Under the pieces are notes generated by a model. That model was not told the DNA's origin and made no database searches. It saw only the letters and a list, made by a program, of their open reading frames with translations. From Amoebidium appalachense (taxonomy: Eukaryota > Protista > Ichthyosporea), in assembly GCA_963693365.1 (NCBI GenBank), contig CAVNZM010000011.1:5351921-5415920 (forward strand): a stretch of 64,000 nt of DNA. The letters run 5' to 3'. Within the stretch, counting starts at the first letter, position 1. Each line of letters opens with the position of its first letter. The translations under genes and the position numbers were made by a program. This document shows positions 56,219 through 64,000 of the stretch, piece by piece.

Positions 56219-57690
56219 ATGGGCCACACGTTCTACCGCATTTGTCTCTTGGCTTCGCTAGCAACAGCCGGTTTTGCCCAAGACATGACCACACAGTCAC
56301 AGAATGACCCTGCCTTTCTGGCCGACGCCATGTCCGGAGAATACTCCGTCATTGCAGACCTACCATTCGGTACAAGCGACGGGCTGACAGATACAACAAG
56401 TTCAGATAGACCGGAGGAGGCACCCATTGAAGCAAGCACGAGTGTTTCGACAAACACAACAATTCCGGACGATGTAGACGGAGACGGGGACAGTGACCCG
56501 CCACTATTCATGCAGCAAACAGAAGTAGTAGACCCTTCTGAGATTCCTGCAAACGCAAAGACTGGAACGGCCAAGAGAGTCACCCCGCGCATTGAACTTG
56601 TTCTGGAGAACGCTGGCATGTTGAATCTCGCGGGTCTCACCTCGAGCTCCAAAAAACCCCTGTACGCAAAACGCACACACGTGGATAACAGCGGCCCAGG
56701 AAACAGCGTTGTGTGGCACGGGACGGTGGAAGATGAAGACCTTACCACCGTCAACACGATGACGCTGGTGGCAAACAGGGAGGAGGGACTTTTCGGTAAT
56801 TTTTGGGTTACGGAAAACGGAGCTATGAAGCACTTCATACTGGTTGCAAACAGTACAAACCCTGCCTACTCCATTTTATACGAAAATAAGATTGTTGACT
56901 TACCGGAACACGAGATTTCCCTCAAGCCCGACCAATACAAATCCTCCGCGGCAGCAAGGAGACGCCGCCGTTTGGTAGCAAATTCCGTCCCGGACGATGG
57001 TACAGTTATTGACGTAATGATGCTTTACACCCCTGCCACCGTACGTGCGCATGGTCAGTCAACACTCAACTCGATGATTACTTCTGCTTTCGCCGACGCA
57101 AATTTGGCGTATGCGAACACGGGGCTTAACCTTCGCATTAACCTCGTATACAGCGGTTTGATTGACTTTACCGAAAACGGAAAGATGGAAACCACGCTTC
57201 AGGCGCTTCAGATTAAGGGGGACGGGAAGATGGATAGTGTTCACACCCTCCGCAATCAGTACAAGGCCGATCTTGTGCAGCTTATCAGCCAGGATCAGGA
57301 CGCGTGCGGTTTGGGCTATTTGATGACCGACCTCGATCCTGGGTTTGAGGAGTGGGGCTTCAGCGTTGTTTTCTCTGGTGAGTTCCTCCCCCCATGAATA
57401 TTTCTACCCCTTGTTTAAGTGACCAACACAACCCACACCGCCCTTAACGATCCCCCCCCCCCCCCCCCCCCCCCCCCTCCCCCTGCCTTCACCCCCCCCC
57501 CCCCCCCCCCCCCCCCTTTCCTCCCCCATACTTCACCTACAAATATCACTGTAGTATGTAAAGACTTCCACATGTGATCTTTTTATATTCCCTCTTTTTG
57601 TTCGTGCAGAATACTTAACCTTTCTTTTTCTATGCTACCTTGCTTATTTCATTCTTCTCTTTTTTAAGCGTGTACGCGCAGAGAGAGAGT

Positions 57691-57738
<48 letters not shown>

Positions 57739-59875
57739 GGGGGACAGGGCTGGGGGAAGAAAACAAAAGGGGGGAGGGCGGAGGGGGGCTTTCATTGCAG
57801 CGTGTATGCTACTGTGTAGGAATATGTCAGACTTATGCTTTAACATGAAAATGCTCCCATGCAAATCCCCCCCCCCCCCCCCCCCCCTTTCCCCCCTCGC
57901 TCTCCCCTCCCCCCGGATCCCTCCTCTTCCCCTTCTGGTCCTACAGCCATCTATCCCATTGAAGCATACGTATACCGACTTTAAAGTAAAAATATTTCTT
58001 TCATTCATTTATCTAAATCGATCTTTCACACACGTACACTCACACAAAGCAGCACTTGTGTACTTGCGCACATAGTGACATTGATACCACCACACAGGAT
58101 GCATGAGCATTCTCACTCCCGCTCACGAACTTGGACACAACATGGGTCTCAACCACGACCGCTCAGCATCCGACGGCGGCCTCTTCGCCTATTCCAACGG
58201 TCACCGCTACTGCAAATCGAATGGGTTCCGCACCGTTATGGCCTATCAGTGCAGCGGGGACACTCAAGTACCCCGTGTTCCTTACTTTTCCAACCCCGCT
58301 GTTTCGTACAACGGGCTCCCTACGGGCGTGTCCGAGACGGCCTCAAACTCAGCCGACAACGCAAAAACTCTCAGAGCTTCCGCAAAAACCGTTGCCAATT
58401 TCCGTGTTTCAAACCCTATGGCCAGCCCCCCGGTTCCCAGCAATGTCGCGGCGGCGGCGGCCAGCTCAACAACTATCAAAGTGACGTGGAATGACGTCAC
58501 CGGTGAGGCGGGGTTCAAAATCTTCCGCGCAGACAATGGCGGGTCCACGTGGAAGGAAGTTGCCGCTCTCGGGGAGGGGGTTACGTCGTATGTGAGTACC
58601 GGACTTACCCCGGACACCAGCTACTCCTACAAGGTGCGGTCTTTCAACTCTGCCGGTGTTTCGGGAGATTCAAACGTTGCTACGGCAAAGACAAACCCAC
58701 AACAAGTTGTTCCTAAGCCGTCCGCCCCGGCGACACTTACCGCCACCGCACGCGACACCACTTCCATCGTCCTTACTTGGGCCTCTGTGTCGGGGGCTAC
58801 CGGTTTCACCATTTTCCGCTCGACGGATCTCGGAAGCACGTGGGCACGTGCAAATTCCGTTTCCCTCGGCGGAAGCACTCTTACGTTTACGGACACGGGT
58901 CTGCGTTCAAACACACGTTACACGTACACTGTTCGTGCGAGAAACGCTGGCGGCGAATCCGCTAACTCCCCCGTTGCCACCGCAACCACCAAGTCTTCAA
59001 GCAGCGGCACGTCTACTCCTCCTACGGCCCCAATCAACCTTAAAGCAACCGCAAACGGTGTCGTCAGCATTGGTCTCACGTGGGTCGACACGTCCTCCAA
59101 CGAGCAGGGCTACAACGTATACTGGTCAGTCAACGGCGGCAGCTCATGGGGTAAACTCAACCCGTCCGCACTCCCCGCCAACGCAAAGTCCTACACGCAC
59201 GTTGGTCTTCGCCCCGCCACGACATACACATACCGCGTGCGAGCTTTGAACGTGGCCGGGGAGTCGCCGGACAGCAACATTGCCTCTGCACGCACGGCCA
59301 ACGGAGCCGTTTCCCCGCAATCGATAAAAGCCGTCGCATCAACGTCGTCTCTCGCCGTCGCTGTCACATGGACTCCCGGCACCGGTGGGGTGGCCACCGG
59401 CTACCAAATTTGGCGTCAGAAGGGCCTTACGGAACCATTTAAGCTCGTCGGTACTGTGGCTTCTCCCGTGCTTGTTTATGTTGATGGTACTGTGAGCATC
59501 GCTTCCACCTATTCGTATTTCGTACGCGCTATCGACACGGCATCCCGCACCGCCGCAAATTCCACGGCCGCCGTCGTGCAGACATCGAAATGCAACTTTG
59601 ACAAGATCTGCTCGCCTCCGTTCGGCGAGAATTGTCAGACATGCCCATTTGATTGCGTGAGTAGGTTTGTCGTTGGCGACGGGTTGTGCGAATCTGGAAA
59701 GGGGGAGACGTGCGCGAATTCCTCTGACTGTCTGTCCAACTTTAACGGATATTTGAATAGTCGTTTCTGCTGCGGGTTGCCCGAGGGACAAACGTTTAAC
59801 ACCGCCCCTGGCGTAGGGTGCAAGTATTCTTACTGCGGTATCGTGTGCAGTACTACTGGTGGGTGCCTCGCGTGA
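56219..59875 (+). CDS. Secreted reprolysin-like (M12B-type metzincin) metalloprotease with propeptide, 4 fibronectin type III domains and Cys-rich C-terminus; 2 exons, 978 aa
   Basis: Exons 56219-57377 and 58098-59875 (G|gtgagt...cacag|GA, in frame). Signal peptide, RRRRR processing site, IDVMMLYT, ADLVQL..CGLGY, HELGHNMGLNHD, Met-turn TVMAY, four W..Y..Y.YxVRA/S FN3 repeats and GENCQTCPFDC/GDGLCE..RFCCG tail. Confidence 0.93.
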
Positions 59876-60119
59876 TAACAATCCAATCATTTGAATTGGT
59901 TACTTATGAATAGTTTTTAAAGAATGTTGGTGTGTCGTTCCTTATGAATATATGCGAATATGATGAGCCGATGCAACGGCAGTGCTTTAACTCGAACAGG
60001 TCACGAAAATTGTTGATAGGAATCATACATGTTCTCTTACCTGAGGCTTACATACGCGATTAAGTACGTGCATATGTGGTTTTGTTATTTGTGATTGTGG
60101 TTGTTCATATATAGGTTCT

Positions 60120-60217
60120 GATATCACAAGAGGTTTTTAAAAGATTTTGCATCAGCTGTGCTGGATGCTTTGAAAGTGTTTTTTGAAAGTTTTTAAATGC
60201 AGTTATTGTGTGCTCGG
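60120..60217. repeat. Copy 1 of a ~95-bp dispersed direct repeat (copy 2 at 62356-62449)
   Basis: gatatc..gaggttt..gcatcagctgtgctggatgctt..tgcagttattgtgtgctcgg in both copies. Confidence 0.8.
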
Positions 60218-60449
60218 TCTGGCACACAAAAAATCACAACAAAATACTCACCAGAAATGTGAAAAGGGCAAGGGAGAATATCTCTCACGGTGTTTTTATC
60301 ATTATCCCTAGAAGAGTTTGGCTTTTGTCCAATCTAACCCCTTCCTCTTCTCCCCCCCACCCCTCCCCCCCTTTAATAGTAATATTCCTCCCCTCCTCTC
60401 CAACCCCCCATCCTCCCCCTCCCAACCACCAACTGCACACCCTTACACA

Positions 60450-60491
<42 letters not shown>

Positions 60492-60622
60492 CACACACAC
60501 ACATGCGCACGCACACACGTTTCGTTTTTTTCTCTTTTACTGACCGGTATTTTTCATGTCTTGTGTTGCCTTTCACACACGAACACCCATTTGCTTACAT
60601 CCTCCCCCCCTCTCCCCCCCCC

Positions 60623-60653
<31 letters not shown>

Positions 60654-61098
60654 AACCCCCCCCCCCCCCTCCTCCCCCCTCCCCCCCCCCCCCCTCCCCT
60701 TCGCCACCCGCCCACCCACACCTTGACGGGCTCCGTTTCTGAAACATTCTCTTTGTGTGTGCTATGCACAAATTTGCATGGGCTCGTCTATTGTAAAGGT
60801 GGACTTCGAACCCTGTAGCGAACTTTTACCTCCCCCCCTTCCCCCCTCTCCCCCCCCCCCCCCCCCCCCGTCCCCCCCCCCTCCCCCCCCTCCCCACTCC
60901 ATATCCCCCCACCTGCTTCCCTTCCCCTCCTCCCCCCCCCCCCCCCCCCCACACACACACACCTCTCCTTCCCCCCCCTCCCCCTTCCCCACCACCACCA
61001 CCTTCTCCTCCTTGGTATACAGGCCCATATACCTCATGTGTTCCTGCCGGGATACTTAAACGTGCAGCAATAGTTTGAGAATGATTAGGTGTACAGGG

Positions 61099-61143
<45 letters not shown>

Positions 61144-61228
61144 TGTGGGTGTGTGGGTGCGTAGACGCGTGGATGTGTGTGTGTGCGCGCGCATGTGCGT
61201 GTGCGTGCGTGCGTGCCTGTTTTATACC

Positions 61229-61277
<49 letters not shown>

Positions 61278-62355
61278 CGTGTGTGCGTGTGTGTGTGCGT
61301 GTGTGTGCGTGTGTGTGTGTGTGTGGGTGGGTGGGTGCGTGCGTGTGCGGGTGGATGTGCGTGTGTGTTTGTGTGTGCACACGTGCGCGCGCGTTGTATA
61401 CAGTGTGTGTGTGCGCGCGCGCGCACGCACGCACACATGTGTGTGAGTTTGTGTTGTATACAGTGTGTGTGTGTGTGTTTGTGTGTGCATGTGAATGATG
61501 AATTTAATGATGGTGGCGGCAGCGGTGGTGGAGAGGGAGGTGGAAAGGGGTGGGGTTGGGGGGGTGGGGGGAGGGGATGGGGGGAGAGTGGGGGCGATTT
61601 CTCCCAAAAGCAAACCGAATCGAACGGTTTAGTGAGTAGGATGGGAACAGGGGAGTTCACACCACCTTTCAGTGTTGTAATTTATATCTGCTTGTGTGTT
61701 TGAGTAGGTAAAAAGAGAGATATCCATTTTTGGGCATGAGAAGAGGGCCTCTGTGTAAGCTCCAGAGGCTGAAAGAGAGAAATCGAAAAAGAGTAAGAGG
61801 AGGATAGGGGGAAGGGAAGGGGGGTTTATGGGGGAGGGGGAGGGTGGGGGGAGGGTTAAAGGGGGGGCAGGGGGGGTGGGTTTTGGGGGGGGGGGGGGGG
61901 GGGGGGGGGGATAGGGAGGGAAACTTATTACTAAAGTTTTATTTATCCTATTTTGTTCCCCGGGGAAGCCCGTAGGGGTCGTCCCATATGGGAACTACCG
62001 CCTTCCACTACTCACCGACTGCCACGGTACCCTTAGCCAGGGTGCTAATGGTGCAATTAGCTAACACCTCTACCAATCCTATCCTCCAAACGACTATGCA
62101 GTACACACTTTGCTCAGGGTGTTCGGCCCAGCCTCTCTAGTGGGGAGGGGGGGGAGGAATCCGCTGACCATACACATCTGAAAAATTGTTTAAACTTCAT
62201 TGTGGCTCGAAATAGGGGAGGGAGAGAGGGGGGGGGAGGGGAGGGGGGAAGGGAAGAGGGGCGGGGGAAGAAGAGGGAGAGGGAAGGGGGTGGGGGTGGG
62301 GGAGAGGGGGGGGGGGGGGGGGGCTTCGCATGCAGTCCGTCCGAGATCTGGGGGA

Positions 62356-62449
62356 GATATCGAGAGGTTTATAAGAGAGTCGGCATCAGCTGTGCTGGAT
62401 GCTTGTAAAGTATTTTATAATGTCACAAGTGCAGTTATTGTGTGCTCGG
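62356..62449. repeat. Copy 2 of the ~95-bp dispersed direct repeat
   Basis: Shares the same blocks as 60120-60217. Confidence 0.8.
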
Positions 62450-62706
62450 AGCGAATGGGGGGGAGGGGGGAGGGATGGGGAGCGAGGGGGGAGGGGGAAG
62501 GGGAGGAAAGGGGAGGGGTAAGTAAACAGAGTTGGGGTTGGCGGGGAGAGGGGGAAGGGAGGGTATTGAAATCGGGGGGGGGGGGGGGGGGGGGGGAAGA
62601 AGGGGGAGGGGGAGGGGGGAGGGGGGCATAGGAACATGAATGATTATTGTATATTCTTGGAATAGTCCCGAAGGTCTTGTCTACCAGCCAGTAACGGACA
62701 GACCTA

Positions 62707-62893
62707 TACAATGTGGGCTCGAAGTATCGACATGTACATACGTCACTGGCTGCATTTGATTGGGTGCGCTGGAAAACGCAGCAGGCCGTCAGGTGAGGCT
62801 ACAATGTGGGCTCGAAGTATCGACCATGTACATACGTCACTGGCTGCATTTGATTGGCTGCGCTGGAAAACGCAGCAGGCCGTCAGGTGAGGC
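62707..62893. repeat. Near-perfect two-copy 93-bp tandem duplication
   Basis: tacaatgtgggctcgaagtatcgac...gccgtcaggtgaggc at 62707 and 62800, with about 2 differences. Confidence 0.95.
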
Positions 62894-63114
62894 TGGGCCC
62901 CAGGCAGTGTCCGTAGCAATAAATAGTGTGTAATCCTCCCAAAAGCCAAAGTGTTTGCAATAAAGGATGTTGGTGCAATGTGTATGGCTGAAAAAGGTAG
63001 GTGGGACGGTGGGTGGGTGGGACGGTAGGTGGGTGGGTGGGTGGGGAGGTGTGTGGGTGGGTGGGTGGGTGTGTGGGTGGGTGGCGGGGAGGCGGGTGGT
63101 GGTGGTGGTGGGGT

Positions 63115-63152
<38 letters not shown>

Positions 63153-63842
63153 GGAGGAAGGGGGGTTCAATTTGTTTTCTGCACGTGCACGGGCAAGCTT
63201 TTGCATAACTGTAGATCGTCTCCCTAGACTCCAAGGAAAAGGTCACCTGTTCTCGAAGGGTTGGAGTTCTGTTTTTCTGAACACTTTTGGCCTTGTTACA
63301 ACTACTTGACTAACCGGAGCCTGCTCTGTTCCGGCTTTTACTGGGATGACCCCCCCCCCCCAAAAAAACCCCCCTTAAACCCCCCCCCCCACGCCCCCCC
63401 AAACCCCCTCCCCCCCCCCCCCCAGCCCCCTCCCCCATTGGGCGGGGGGGGGGGGTATGTTAGAGGGGCAGCAAGTCGACTTTCTTCGCCCAAACCCCAC
63501 GCCCAAGCCGCCCAAACCATGCTAGAAACTCAACAAAAACAATATCATGCCTTTTATTCATTCCTTACACGCTAACGTTACAACTTCTTGTAGAAAAGAA
63601 AGAAAAACGCGAAAAGGGGCCCTACGTCAAGAACTTAGCACAGATTGGGTCGTTTAACAGGTGGGGTGCATTTTGCGCTTTCTCGCCCAGGGAGAGGCTT
63701 TGTTGTTATTTAATGGGGGAGGAGGGAGGGGGGAGCGGGGGGGGGGGGGGGGGGCATTGATACGTTTGATGGAATCGGTTTTACAACAAATATCAGATAC
63801 TGTTGGCTGTTTATTATCGGGGTTGGCTGAAATCTTATGTAG

Positions 63843-63898
<56 letters not shown>

Positions 63899-64000
63899 AC
63901 CACCACCACCAAATTTATTTTTTTTTGAATAAAGTAAAAAACGGACACACAACTTTACAAGTAGGCAACACCTACATAGTATGAGGAGCACACATGCCAC

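Overview
Eukaryotic genomic DNA with canonical GT-AG introns, extremely rich in (CA/TG)n, (CT/GA)n and poly-C/poly-G tracts, so almost all short ORFs in the supplied track are low-complexity artefacts. Manual exon assembly supports three host genes: (1) a 14-exon ovothiol synthase gene ovoA (- strand, 8001-16670) with a one-base frameshift in a G6 run and a divergent methyltransferase domain; (2) a 5-exon secreted alpha-carbonic anhydrase (- strand, 39813-43705); (3) a 2-exon secreted bacterial-like reprolysin (M12B-type) metalloprotease with 4 FN3 domains and a Cys-rich tail (+ strand, 56219-59875). Between them lies a decayed, intron-rich Crypton-like tyrosine-recombinase element (NDC10_II-like YR domain plus GCR1_C, - strand, about 19.7-36.7 kb). 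A degenerate Ty3/Gypsy retrotransposon with a chromodomain-like integrase tail sits upstream of its final exon. Non-coding structure includes a 7-8 copy array of a ~130-bp core whose most conserved part reads CAG|GTA on the - strand, a microsatellite foldback, a 28-bp-TIR MITE, candidate piggyBac-type MITEs and several tandem duplications. The host taxon cannot be determined from this window. All domain calls come from motif recognition by eye, not database searches.
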